A stretch of 35,334 nt of DNA from a virus (lineage: Duplodnaviria; Heunggongvirae; Uroviricota; Caudoviricetes). The position numbers and the translations under genes are program-made. The stretch is from IMG/VR virus record IMGVR_UViG_2778261179_000021, positions 1 to 35,334 of that record, one strand, 5' to 3'. Under the pieces are notes generated by a model. That model was given only the letters and a program-made list of their open reading frames with translations. It did no database searches and was not told the origin of the DNA. Of the stretch, positions 7,306 through 16,219 are shown piece after piece; positions within the stretch are counted from its first letter, which is position 1; every line of letters begins with the position of its first letter.

Positions 7306-7379
7306 ATACCTACATCACGCGACTTTTCGCGCCATCTTCCACCAACCCGCCGATGGCGTTTTGGACACCCTACAGATAC

Positions 7380-7403
7380 AAAAAAGCCACTCCGAAGAGT
7401 GGC
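7380..7403 (-). terminator. intrinsic terminator for the leftward HTH genes
   Basis: GCCACTC-CGAA-GAGTGGC hairpin preceded on the + strand by AAAAAA (a T-run on the minus strand). Confidence 0.55.
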
Positions 7404-7411
7404 AAAGAGAA

Positions 7412-7645
7412 TCAAAAACCTGTTGCTTCTACGATCTGACCATCACCGATCTGAACATAGAATTTAATGTCTAACTTCTTCATATTCTTATAGAATTGGG
7501 CGATTGAGATCCCATGTTCACTAAGAATCTGTTCTTTCGCTTCCTTACCACGATCCGCTGTATAGTAAGCGTAGGCAATATCAGCCATCTGTTCTTTAGT
7601 AAATCGTGCCGGACGACCGCGAGTAGCTTTAGTAGTCATAGTCAT
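7412..7645 (-). CDS. small HTH-module protein (77 aa), paralog of the 4043..4222 protein
   Basis: ATG at 7645 with GGAGAAA RBS (track ORF begins at an upstream GTG); TRGRPARFTKEQMADIA...HGISIAQFYKNMKKLDIKF resembles psq/resolvase-type HTH seen in phage DNA-binding proteins and some small terminases. Confidence 0.6.
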   Translation of the reverse strand: MTMTTKATRGRPARFTKEQMADIAYAYYTADRGKEAKEQILSEHGISIAQFYKNMKKLDIKFYVQIGDGQIVEATGF

Positions 7646-7674
7646 TTTCTCCAAATTAAAGTGAATGTTCACCT

Positions 7675-8280
7675 TTATTTAGAGGACTTAGATTTTATAG
7701 GAAAAAGTTCTCCATCGTCAACTGACATAAAGAACTCGACCTTAATCTCGTACTTCTTCAACCGTGAATAATATGTACCCCGACTTATATCAACCTTGCG
7801 AAGCACTTCAAAGAAGGATTTAGGATCGTTGTAATAGTGGCTGTACTTCACGTTAGCGAGTTCTACAAACAATTCCCTTGTATCACCATATCCTTTCTTA
7901 AAAGCTATGTTACGTGGCATTGTAATAGCCATATTATCCCTTGTCTGCTTCAACACTTCTCTGATCGGCTTCCACTGCAAACGATAGATAGGACCGTCAT
8001 CAATGCGATAATAACGCTTGATATCAAAATCAAACCAATCTCGGACTCTCCGAAACTCTGTATGTGATGTTCTATGCTTCTTAAAGAAGTTGTGAACGTC
8101 TCTATAGCCATTATCACGGTAAAATTCTATTAAAATCTCTTTCGCTTCCTCACGGCTAAACCCAGATGTTGTGTAATCGGTCTTTAAGTGCTTATGTTTT
8201 ACTGGCAAACGATATTCATGATCGGTACAACAAGACAAGGCTAATTCTACTTCATCTCTTTGTTGCTGATTAATTAGCAT
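7675..8280 (-). CDS. protein with two tandem HTH-like modules related to the small HTH paralogs (201 aa)
   Basis: ATG at 8280 with AAGGGGG RBS; internal duplication (…FFKKHRTSHTEFRRVRDWFDFDIKRYY… and …FFEVLRKVDISRGTYYSRLKKYEIKVEFF); transcribed divergently from the large terminase gene. Confidence 0.65.
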   Translation of the reverse strand: MLINQQQRDEVELALSCCTDHEYRLPVKHKHLKTDYTTSGFSREEAKEILIEFYRDNGYRDVHNFFKKHRTSHTEFRRVRDWFDFDIKRYYRIDDGPIYRLQWKPIREVLKQTRDNMAITMPRNIAFKKGYGDTRELFVELANVKYSHYYNDPKSFFEVLRKVDISRGTYYSRLKKYEIKVEFFMSVDDGELFPIKSKSSK

Positions 8281-8367
8281 ACAACCCCCTTAAATCTTAA
8301 TACCCGTATTTATCAAAATATCAACAATTTAATAAATACCTTCATATTTCGTAATGAGGGTAATTAC

Positions 8368-10272
8368 ATGAAACTGATTTCGAACAAGGCCAAATTAAAA
8401 AAGATTCTCAGAAATGTTTCTGCTGCAATTCGCCCACCTAAAGCGATGAAACCTAGTGAATGGGTAGAGGCTAATGTAGTTGCAACCGATGGTGTTAAAG
8501 CCGGATCTCTTATTAAATTGCATCACTTCCAACGTGGGATGATGGACGCGATTACCGAAGATAAGCGAAAGATTGTCATGAAATGCTCGGCGCAGTTGGG
8601 TAAAACTATGGTGCTCAACGGTATTATCTTTCACAGGATCGCCACCAATCCAACCAATATAGGTGTTTTACAAGCGAACGTTCGAGAATTGAACTCATGG
8701 ATCGCGGGTAAGGTGAAGCCAGTATTAGAGGCAACCCCAGAATTAAAGGCGATGATCACCGACAAATCGGATCGCAATGCCGTTAATAACACATCGCAGA
8801 TACAGCTTAGAAATGGGTCGTTTCTTTATTTCATGTCATTGAATAGTCCATCCCATCTCCGGGGTAAGACTTTGCCGTTGATCCTTGCAGACGAGGTGGA
8901 TGGTTGCGACGAATCAGACGAAGGGAACCCGATCCAGCTAGCGGAACAACGTGCTTCCACTTTCGGGGAAGATGCAAGGATCGTAATTGCTTCTACTCCA
9001 ACGTCGCGGGATGGGGCGATAAACCAACAATACGAACTCTCAGATAAACGAAAATACTATGTTCCATGCCAGCATTGCGGACACCGACACGTAATGGAAT
9101 GGAGTAACGTTCATTTCGATTGGCATCAAGTTAACGGTAAATCACTGCCTAACCCAGATACAGCCGTTTATCGTTGCCCGTCATGTGAAACTGATTGGAC
9201 AGAAGGGGATCGCCTACGTGCTGTTGCTAAGGGAGAATGGATCGCCACCGAACCTAATGCGGAAGTAATCGGTTTTCATGCTAACCGCCTTATGTCTCCG
9301 TTTAGTTCTATCCGTGCGTGTGTGGTGGATTTTGCTGATAGCTACGCGAATATGTCACTGGCAACGTTCTATAACACTGTCTTAGGTGAAACCTTCGATG
9401 ATCTTAACGAAGACCGCACAGCCGACGAACTGGAAACGCTGAAAACTGACATTAGCCTAGACAACATCCCCGATGATGTTCTGGCTCTGGTTGGTGGTGT
9501 TGACCAGCAAAAAGACCGTCTGGAATCTACCTTGCTGGGTATTTCTCGTAAAGGGCTATGCGTAGTTGATCACCGATCATTCTATGATGTGAACTGCGAA
9601 CGCCACGAATCGCCAGCATACAGCCAGCTTTACAACTTCCTGAAAGCGAAATTCTATACCCGATCCGGTCAACGAATCCCAATGCTATCTGCTTTCGTGG
9701 ACTCATCAAACGGACGAGCTACGCAAGTGATCTACCGATTCTGCACACAATGGCAAAACCTAACAGCCATTAAAGGGGCAAGCAATGTTGATGCACCAAT
9801 CCTTCCGGTAAAAGACACAAGAACGGGCGGTTTTACTCTCAAAATTCTGGGCGTAAACAACCTTAAGACGATGATCCGTGAAATGATTAACCGGAACTTG
9901 AGAGATGGCGATCCTCACACTGTTTTCCAGATTGGCGACGTTCCTGATGACTATTGCGAGCAATTGCTTTCTGAACAGTTGAAACGGCAGGGTAATACCA
10001 CACGTTGGGTAAAAGTTGGTCAGCAACGAAACGAGGCGCTCGACTGCCTGGCTTATTCCTATGCTGCTTCTCGCCATGTACTCAATAAAATGTCATGGGA
10101 AAAACTCGAAGCCATCAAAGATAGTTTGAACCGTGAACCAGAAGAATCCGTAGAAGCTCCTAAATCGCAATCTGACGAGAAAATAGAAGAAACTAAGCCA
10201 ATCACACGACCACAACGTCAAAACATCGCCAGACGCCCAAATAGAGGCCGTAGCTGGGTAACATCGTTCTAA
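8368..10272 (+). CDS. terL: terminase large subunit, lambda GpA family
   Basis: 634 aa; by-eye matches to lambda gpA landmarks: SAQLGKT Walker-like segment, zinc-ribbon-like PCQHCGH...RCPSCETDW, FYNTVLGETFD (lambda FVNTTLGETWE), QRNEALDCLAYSYAA (lambda RRNEALDCFVYALAA). Confidence 0.85.
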   Translation: MKLISNKAKLKKILRNVSAAIRPPKAMKPSEWVEANVVATDGVKAGSLIKLHHFQRGMMDAITEDKRKIVMKCSAQLGKTMVLNGIIFHRIATNPTNIGVLQANVRELNSWIAGKVKPVLEATPELKAMITDKSDRNAVNNTSQIQLRNGSFLYFMSLNSPSHLRGKTLPLILADEVDGCDESDEGNPIQLAEQRASTFGEDARIVIASTPTSRDGAINQQYELSDKRKYYVPCQHCGHRHVMEWSNVHFDWHQVNGKSLPNPDTAVYRCPSCETDWTEGDRLRAVAKGEWIATEPNAEVIGFHANRLMSPFSSIRACVVDFADSYANMSLATFYNTVLGETFDDLNEDRTADELETLKTDISLDNIPDDVLALVGGVDQQKDRLESTLLGISRKGLCVVDHRSFYDVNCERHESPAYSQLYNFLKAKFYTRSGQRIPMLSAFVDSSNGRATQVIYRFCTQWQNLTAIKGASNVDAPILPVKDTRTGGFTLKILGVNNLKTMIREMINRNLRDGDPHTVFQIGDVPDDYCEQLLSEQLKRQGNTTRWVKVGQQRNEALDCLAYSYAASRHVLNKMSWEKLEAIKDSLNREPEESVEAPKSQSDEKIEETKPITRPQRQNIARRPNRGRSWVTSF

Positions 10273-10344
10273 TAACTCGCCGTCCTTCGGGGCGGCTTAC
10301 TCCTAAATATTGTTAATCCAATAACAATTAAATAAGGGGTAATT

Positions 10345-10839
10345 ATGAGTTTAGAACTAATTCCCTTAGTAATTCGTAAAGGCGAAAAAATCACGCTGGC
10401 GAATGAAGAGGGTGTAACAATTCAGGTAGGAAATAGTAAAGGTATCATTTATCAGGTTGATGATACTCCGGCTAATCACGAGATTAAAACCTTAGATTTT
10501 GCCGAGGGTAAATATACCATCGTAACCACGTTGGAAGATGAACTGGTATCAATGCAGGAATTAACTGTTTTACCTATTTTTCAGCGTCAATCCAAAAAAG
10601 AACATCTGCGGGAAACTATCGCCACCATCGAGCAAGTTATTTTCGCCAGGCTATCGGGGGACGAGGCCGCATTATCTCAAATGACAGTGAAAGGGAATAC
10701 TTTCGCCTATGAGTCATTAGGTGTTCTCCAGCAATTAAAGACTGATTATGAACGTCAACTGTCTAAATTAATTCAAGCCGAACGACGTAAACAGGGAATT
10801 AGCCCGATTAAAAATATCAAATTACGTCTTACGCGATAA
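10345..10839 (+). CDS. head-associated protein between terminase and portal (possible head-tail joining protein)
   Basis: AAGGGG RBS; 164 aa; position corresponds to gpW in lambda-like order; no recognisable motif. Confidence 0.5.
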   Translation: MSLELIPLVIRKGEKITLANEEGVTIQVGNSKGIIYQVDDTPANHEIKTLDFAEGKYTIVTTLEDELVSMQELTVLPIFQRQSKKEHLRETIATIEQVIFARLSGDEAALSQMTVKGNTFAYESLGVLQQLKTDYERQLSKLIQAERRKQGISPIKNIKLRLTR

Positions 10840-10849
10840 GGGGTAAATC

Positions 10850-12361
10850 ATGTTTAATCTTTTTCGACGCAAAAAGGCGGTAGAAACTCCAGTTAAAACT
10901 AATCACCGCCAGCAACAACAAAAAATTTTCATCGACAAACAAGTAGAAAAATTCCAGAAAGATTTGTCTAAACGTTCTTTGGGCTTAGTCGGTGATCGCA
11001 TTGATGGATCACTTCAACAAGACACTATTACAGGAACCTTCAATAAGGCTCTCAAATCGAACGGTAAGCGCCTTTATGACCAGGGTCGTACTCTGGCCTT
11101 AAACACTTCCGTAGGTAGTCGCTACACGCAATACATCACCGATATGGTGGTTGGTACTGGTCTAGATCCGAAGCCGTCAGTTGTTAAATCAAATGGCAAA
11201 CTTGATAGCGCACTGAATAAGCAGATCGAGAATGCTTTCTGGAAGTGGGCGCAGAATGCTAAACGCTTCTCTCGTAACGGTCGCTTTAACTTCCGTGAAT
11301 TGCTGGTAATGGCTGAACGTGAGCGCGTTATGGGTGGTGAGTGCTTCATAGTTTTAACCAAAGAAAACAATGAGTTAAATGTTTCTATCCTGTCTGCTGA
11401 TAAGTGCGACTGGACGCTCAACCGTGAAGTAAGCAAAGAACGCGCTATCTATCAGGGGATCGAGTATGACGTAGAAACAATGCGCCCTGTTGCATTTTGG
11501 TTTCGTAAAATCAACCTACTGACTCAGACTTACACAGGTGATAACTATCGCGTAGATGCTTCGCAAGTATGCCATTATTATCAACCACTTGCGGCTGAAT
11601 CTCTGCGTGGTGTGACTGACTTCCTGCCAGTGATTAAGGATATCGCACATCAAGACGCATTCCGCTTAACTGCTATCGTCCAGAAACGTATTGCAGCTAG
11701 CTCTATGGGCTTTATCGAACGTCCGAAAGATTCTGGTGACGATTTTGATACTGGTGAAGAGGATGAACAATATCAAGCGCCGGAAGTAGTACAGGATTTT
11801 GCACCGGGTACTATTCAGGAATTGCCGGAAGGGGCAACGATCAAGAGCATCCAGGCGACGCAAAGCGGTGATGATTTCAATTCCTTCAATGATGCGATGT
11901 TTACTAGCGTATCAATGGGCTTAGGCGTGTTCAAACAGGGCTTGACTGGTGATACTTCCCAGATCAACTACTCAGCCGCGCGTTTTGGGGAACTAACCCA
12001 GCGTAACCGTGTTAAAGCACTGCAAAACAAATTAATTGAAACAGTGGTATTGCCAATTTTCGAAGCGTATCTGCGTCATTATTCCGCGCGTGGTATTGTT
12101 CCGATTCGTATTACTGCAATTCCGCATATTATCGATAACACTACTATTATTCGTCCGCGTTTTGAATCCGTCGATCCATTTAAAGACGTAAGCGCCGAGA
12201 TTGCTTTAATTGATAACGGACTTAAATCACGTACTGCCGTTATATTAGAACGTGGTGATGATCCTGAAAAAGTATTCTCAGAGATTCAAGCCGAAAAGAG
12301 CGCACTAAATATTATCGTTGATGGTGAGGGTGAAGAAAAAAATTCCCCAGCCGATCCCTAA
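10850..12361 (+). CDS. portal protein (lambda gpB-like)
   Basis: 503 aa ORF immediately downstream of terL and upstream of the protease-capsid gene; size and position typical of a lambda-family portal. Confidence 0.75.
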   Translation: MFNLFRRKKAVETPVKTNHRQQQQKIFIDKQVEKFQKDLSKRSLGLVGDRIDGSLQQDTITGTFNKALKSNGKRLYDQGRTLALNTSVGSRYTQYITDMVVGTGLDPKPSVVKSNGKLDSALNKQIENAFWKWAQNAKRFSRNGRFNFRELLVMAERERVMGGECFIVLTKENNELNVSILSADKCDWTLNREVSKERAIYQGIEYDVETMRPVAFWFRKINLLTQTYTGDNYRVDASQVCHYYQPLAAESLRGVTDFLPVIKDIAHQDAFRLTAIVQKRIAASSMGFIERPKDSGDDFDTGEEDEQYQAPEVVQDFAPGTIQELPEGATIKSIQATQSGDDFNSFNDAMFTSVSMGLGVFKQGLTGDTSQINYSAARFGELTQRNRVKALQNKLIETVVLPIFEAYLRHYSARGIVPIRITAIPHIIDNTTIIRPRFESVDPFKDVSAEIALIDNGLKSRTAVILERGDDPEKVFSEIQAEKSALNIIVDGEGEEKNSPADP

Positions 12362-12406
12362 TAACCAACGGGGGCGCAATGCCCCCAATTAATTAAAGGT
12401 GATTAA

Positions 12407-14410
12407 ATGCTTAAATTTCGCCGCGATCTTAACGGTTACGGTGGGGTTATTAATGAAGGGCATAACGATCAATACGAATTTGAAATTGCTTTCTCAAGTA
12501 CACAGCCTTATCAGCGCCAATTTTGGGATGAGCAAAATCAAGAAATGGTGGTATTAGATGAAATTCTGGTACATACACCGGAAGCGGTTGATCTGTCTCG
12601 TCTGAATAATAACGCTCCGTTGCTGTTCAATCACAATTTCGATAATCACATTGGTGTCGTTTGTAACGCTCGAATCGATGCGGATAACGTAGGTCGTGCT
12701 CTGGTTAAATTCTCCAAGCATGGGACTATGGCTAATGATATTCGTAACAAAGTCATTGAAGGTACGATGGAAAAAATATCGGTCGGCTATGACATTAAAG
12801 AGTATCACATCGATTACGCCAAAGGGCAATTGATTGTTACTAAGTGGGCACCCTATGAACTCTCATTTGTCACCGTTCCCGCAGACGATACGGTCGGTTT
12901 AAATCGCTCTCTAAATACTATCACAGTTAATTTGGAGGCTAAACGCGATATGACTAAAGAACAAATTGAAGAAATCAAAGAAGAACAAGAATCCGCTCAG
13001 GTTGAAGAAACTCCGGTAGAAGAAAATAAAGAATCGGAAGTAGAAGAAACTCAAGAGCGCCAAGTTGAAGAGAATAAAGAAGATGAAAATCTCGAAGACG
13101 GAAAAGACGCTGAACATCCTGAAAGTGTTGATGATGATAGTTCAACTGTTCGGGAAGCAGAAGAAGTAAAAGAAGAACGTGAAGCCGCTCCGGTTGAAGA
13201 AGAAAAAATCGAAGAAGTGGCTGAACGTTCCGAAGAAGACGAATTAGAAATTCGCGAGATCGCTCGCGAGCTAAATATTAACGACGAAGAATTAGAACGC
13301 GCATTGGCAGTTAAAGATATGACGCCGGAAGCATTCCGCACTAAGGCACTAAATAACATTACCAATGCTCAACGTATTAACGAACAACAAATTAAGGACT
13401 CTAAAATGGAAAAAACTTTTGACCTGAACAACGTAATTCGCTCTCTGGTAGATGGTGAAGCTCTGGGTGCTAACGAAGCCGAGTTTTCTGCAATGGCTGC
13501 TACTGCAACTATGCAGCGTGGTCGTGCTGCTCGCGGTGGCTCTGTATTCGTTCCGACTGCTGCTATGCGTGCTGCTGCTGATGGTAACACCAAAGCTACT
13601 CTGACCGCTGTAACCGACGAAAAACTGCTGAATGATTCCTATGTAGCGATGCTGATGCCGGAATCCGTTCTGGGTCGTCTGGGTGTGAAAGTCCTGTCTG
13701 GTCTGACTTCTCCGACTGCTATTCCGAAAATGACCGCTTCCAGCGTTGAATCTTTCGGCTTCGTTGATGAAAACGGTGCTGCACCGGAAGGTAAAGCTGA
13801 ATTTGCAAACGTGAAAATGGCTCCGAAAACTTTTGCTGGTGGCAACCCGATCAGCCGTCAGTCTCTGAAAACCGTTCCGGGCATCGCTACCCTGATCACT
13901 GATCACATTAACCAAGCTGTTCGTGTCAAACTGGAACAACTGATTCTGTCTGATAAAGAAAATGCTCGTGGTCCGGCTGGTGTGATTAAGCAACTGGTTG
14001 ATGCAAGCCGTGTTGAGAAGAAAGCTGCTTTCTCTTACAAAGACTTCCTGAAAGAAATTGCTAAACTGACCGACGCTGGCGTTCCTGCTCAGGCGATCAA
14101 GTTTGCGATGAGCGGTGCAACTGCTGCTGAACTGGAATCTACCCTGAAAGATAACGGTGTTTCCGGTTATATCATCGAAAACGGTAAACTGGCTGGTTAC
14201 GACGTAGTTACTTCTGGTGTTATTCCGGTAGACCACATCGTTCTGGGTGACTTCTCCGCTATTACCATCGGTGAATGGGGCGGTCTGGAACTGGACATTG
14301 ACGACACTACCTACCGCGCACAGTCCGCAATTGTTCCGCGTATCTGGGTAGATCTGGATTATGTAGTTACCCAGCCGGAAGCTCTGAAAGTTCTTCACGT
14401 CTCTGAATGA
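12407..14410 (+). CDS. fused prohead protease (HK97/S78-like) - acidic scaffold-like linker - major capsid protein
   Basis: 667 aa; N-terminal domain ends with the protease-family signature ...YELSFVTVPADD; about 130 residues of E/K-rich low-complexity linker; C-terminal about 330 aa consistent with an HK97-fold capsid protein; ends in TGA. Confidence 0.8.
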   Translation: MLKFRRDLNGYGGVINEGHNDQYEFEIAFSSTQPYQRQFWDEQNQEMVVLDEILVHTPEAVDLSRLNNNAPLLFNHNFDNHIGVVCNARIDADNVGRALVKFSKHGTMANDIRNKVIEGTMEKISVGYDIKEYHIDYAKGQLIVTKWAPYELSFVTVPADDTVGLNRSLNTITVNLEAKRDMTKEQIEEIKEEQESAQVEETPVEENKESEVEETQERQVEENKEDENLEDGKDAEHPESVDDDSSTVREAEEVKEEREAAPVEEEKIEEVAERSEEDELEIREIARELNINDEELERALAVKDMTPEAFRTKALNNITNAQRINEQQIKDSKMEKTFDLNNVIRSLVDGEALGANEAEFSAMAATATMQRGRAARGGSVFVPTAAMRAAADGNTKATLTAVTDEKLLNDSYVAMLMPESVLGRLGVKVLSGLTSPTAIPKMTASSVESFGFVDENGAAPEGKAEFANVKMAPKTFAGGNPISRQSLKTVPGIATLITDHINQAVRVKLEQLILSDKENARGPAGVIKQLVDASRVEKKAAFSYKDFLKEIAKLTDAGVPAQAIKFAMSGATAAELESTLKDNGVSGYIIENGKLAGYDVVTSGVIPVDHIVLGDFSAITIGEWGGLELDIDDTTYRAQSAIVPRIWVDLDYVVTQPEALKVLHVSE

Positions 14411-14542
14411 ACTAACGTAGAACCTTCTGAACCTTCCCCCGATTTGGGGGAAGAAAATCTGATTCCATCTCAGGAAGAAGAAGTTCAAGAGGTTACGGCG
14501 AAAGCCACAGTTAAAAAAGAACGTAAGACTAAAGCAAAATAA
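14411..14542 (+). other. in-frame 43-codon extension downstream of the capsid TGA stop (candidate readthrough product)
   Basis: No stop codons in the capsid frame from 14411 to TAA at 14540..14542; encodes TNVEPSEPSPDLGEENLIPSQEEEVQEVTAKATVKKERKTKAK; near-identical module follows the major tail gene. Confidence 0.5.
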
Positions 14543-14547
14543 TAATT

Positions 14548-14575
14548 AGCCCTGCCTAACGGTGGGGCTTTTTTG
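14548..14575 (+). terminator. intrinsic terminator after capsid gene and extension
   Basis: AGCCCTGCC-TAAC-GGTGGGGCT hairpin followed by TTTTTT. Confidence 0.7.
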
Positions 14576-14604
14576 TATGTAAATACTCCATAAAGGGGGT
14601 AACT

Positions 14605-14895
14605 ATGTTCAAATTATCAGAATCACAATTATCAAGAATGTTTAAGAGTGCTCCTGTATTTGTGGTGGAAGGTGGTAAATCAATTCGTGCTTACCATGAA
14701 ATTACTACTACCGACGAACAAGGGGTAATTACAGAATCAGAATTTCTATTTTGTCGTGAGGGAGACTTAAATCAGGGTGATGTTGTCATTGTAGACGGTG
14801 AACGCTTCAAAGTTCAATACGTTAAGCGCAATGGTGATAATACTTCTGATTGCTTTATTGCTCGTGCAGGGGGTACACATGCTCGCTACCGTTAA
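14605..14895 (+). CDS. putative head-tail adaptor / head completion protein
   Basis: AAAGGGGG RBS; 96 aa; first gene after the capsid terminator; function inferred from position only. Confidence 0.45.
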   Translation: MFKLSESQLSRMFKSAPVFVVEGGKSIRAYHEITTTDEQGVITESEFLFCREGDLNQGDVVIVDGERFKVQYVKRNGDNTSDCFIARAGGTHARYR

Positions 14896-15301
14896 TAATA
14901 TGCCTAGACTGAAAATCAAACGCGCCTTGCAGGATATTATCGAACAAGATTTAGGTCTGGCTTTAAACGTAGAACAAACTCAGCAAGGCTTTAGTGATGA
15001 TGTGGTTTGTTGGATTACCGGAATGAATGAGACTTACAATAGGGTCCGTGGTGGTAATGCAATGCAAGCTGAATGCGTTATCGAAATGCAGTTGTATTCT
15101 CAGAATCATGAAACCAAAATTCATGAGGGTATTTGCCAGATAATCCAGATTCAGCCGGATAATCCACGTTTTAAAGATTTGGGCTTCTCTATTTCAGATA
15201 TCACTCCAGTAGCTTCTAATACCGATTATGACGATGATTCTAGTGATGGGGGTATCGTTGGGACACTTAGCCTTAAATTTTCTTATCTAGCGCGTTTTTA
15301 A
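14879..15301 (+). CDS. putative neck / tail completion protein
   Basis: Track ORF 14798..15301; preferred start ATG 14879 with AGGGGG RBS, overlapping the upstream stop (ATGCTCGCTACCGTTAA); function inferred from position. Confidence 0.45.
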   Translation: MLATVNNMPRLKIKRALQDIIEQDLGLALNVEQTQQGFSDDVVCWITGMNETYNRVRGGNAMQAECVIEMQLYSQNHETKIHEGICQIIQIQPDNPRFKDLGFSISDITPVASNTDYDDDSSDGGIVGTLSLKFSYLARF

Positions 15302-15310
15302 GGGGTAATA

Positions 15311-16144
15311 ATGAATATTACACAAGATAACTTAGATATTTTCACTGGATCACATGTTGAAGTGTCGATCTCTAACCAGATAGACAATCAGGTCGACTTT
15401 TTCGATCCTAGCTTTAGTTCTATGGAGAACATCGCAGCATTCCCTACGCTAACCGAATCCACAGAGATAGAAACTCTGGAAGAGTACGATCAGGACGCTA
15501 CGGGGAAACTTGCTGGTTATCGTAGACTGGAACCGACAACACTCACATTAAACCGTGTTCTTGACGATGAACATCAAGCAATGTTGATGAAAGCGGTAGA
15601 GGATAAAACACCTTTACGCTTCCGTATGTTCTATGTTGTGAACTCTGGCTATAGTGCTGCTAACACAGGGTACTTTTGTATATTCGATGCTTACGTCACA
15701 TCACATAAAACCCGTGGTAGTGATAACAAAGCTGTAACACTGGAATTTAAACTTGAACCAGATGGCGGGATTCTGGCAAGGGGTATTGCTACCGAAGGCC
15801 GGATCTTACGTCAGGGTGATTTTGGTTTGGGTGCTGGTGTAAATCCATTCACGGGTCCAATTGATAGCGAGGCATTAGCCGGAAACCGTTTCGTAACTTA
15901 CAAGGGAACTGCTAGCGGTAATCCATATTCAACCGACACAGCATTAATTCACCTTCAAGCCAATGAGCATGGCGCATGGCAATTAACCTGTAATACTTCC
16001 GGCGCACCACGTTTACGCGTCCGAAATATTCAGGAAAACGGACGCTCTGAATGGATCAAGGTATATTCCACCAATGAGAAACCGACACCTAGCGAAATTG
16101 GCGCAGTAGCTAAGACTGACCGGATCGATTTCGGGGAGTATTGA
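15311..16144 (+). CDS. virion structural protein (possible tail terminator or tail-tube-like protein with C-terminal beta-rich domain)
   Basis: AAGGGG RBS; 277 aa ORF within the late operon; function from position and composition only. Confidence 0.5.
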   Translation: MNITQDNLDIFTGSHVEVSISNQIDNQVDFFDPSFSSMENIAAFPTLTESTEIETLEEYDQDATGKLAGYRRLEPTTLTLNRVLDDEHQAMLMKAVEDKTPLRFRMFYVVNSGYSAANTGYFCIFDAYVTSHKTRGSDNKAVTLEFKLEPDGGILARGIATEGRILRQGDFGLGAGVNPFTGPIDSEALAGNRFVTYKGTASGNPYSTDTALIHLQANEHGAWQLTCNTSGAPRLRVRNIQENGRSEWIKVYSTNEKPTPSEIGAVAKTDRIDFGEY

Positions 16145-16219
16145 TTCACTTCCTAAATAAAACATGAACGTTGGGAGGTTAACGCCTCCCTTATTCCTGT
16201 TTTATAGTGAGGTGATTCG

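Noticed and set aside
14408-14410. TGA used as a sense codon through an alternative genetic code
   Set aside because: Other genes in the same operon terminate normally at TAA and long ORFs are recovered with the standard code; only the capsid and tail genes show an open in-frame continuation, which points to a gene-specific recoding event.
13349-14488. Minus-strand ORFs antisense to the capsid gene (379 aa and others)
   Set aside because: Antisense shadows within a gene with strong coding signal on the + strand; Ser/Phe-rich artefactual translations.
14798-14878. N-terminal 27 codons of track ORF 14798..15301
   Set aside because: They overlap the upstream gene without an RBS; ATG 14879 has an AGGGGG RBS and the usual start/stop overlap, so the shorter start is preferred.
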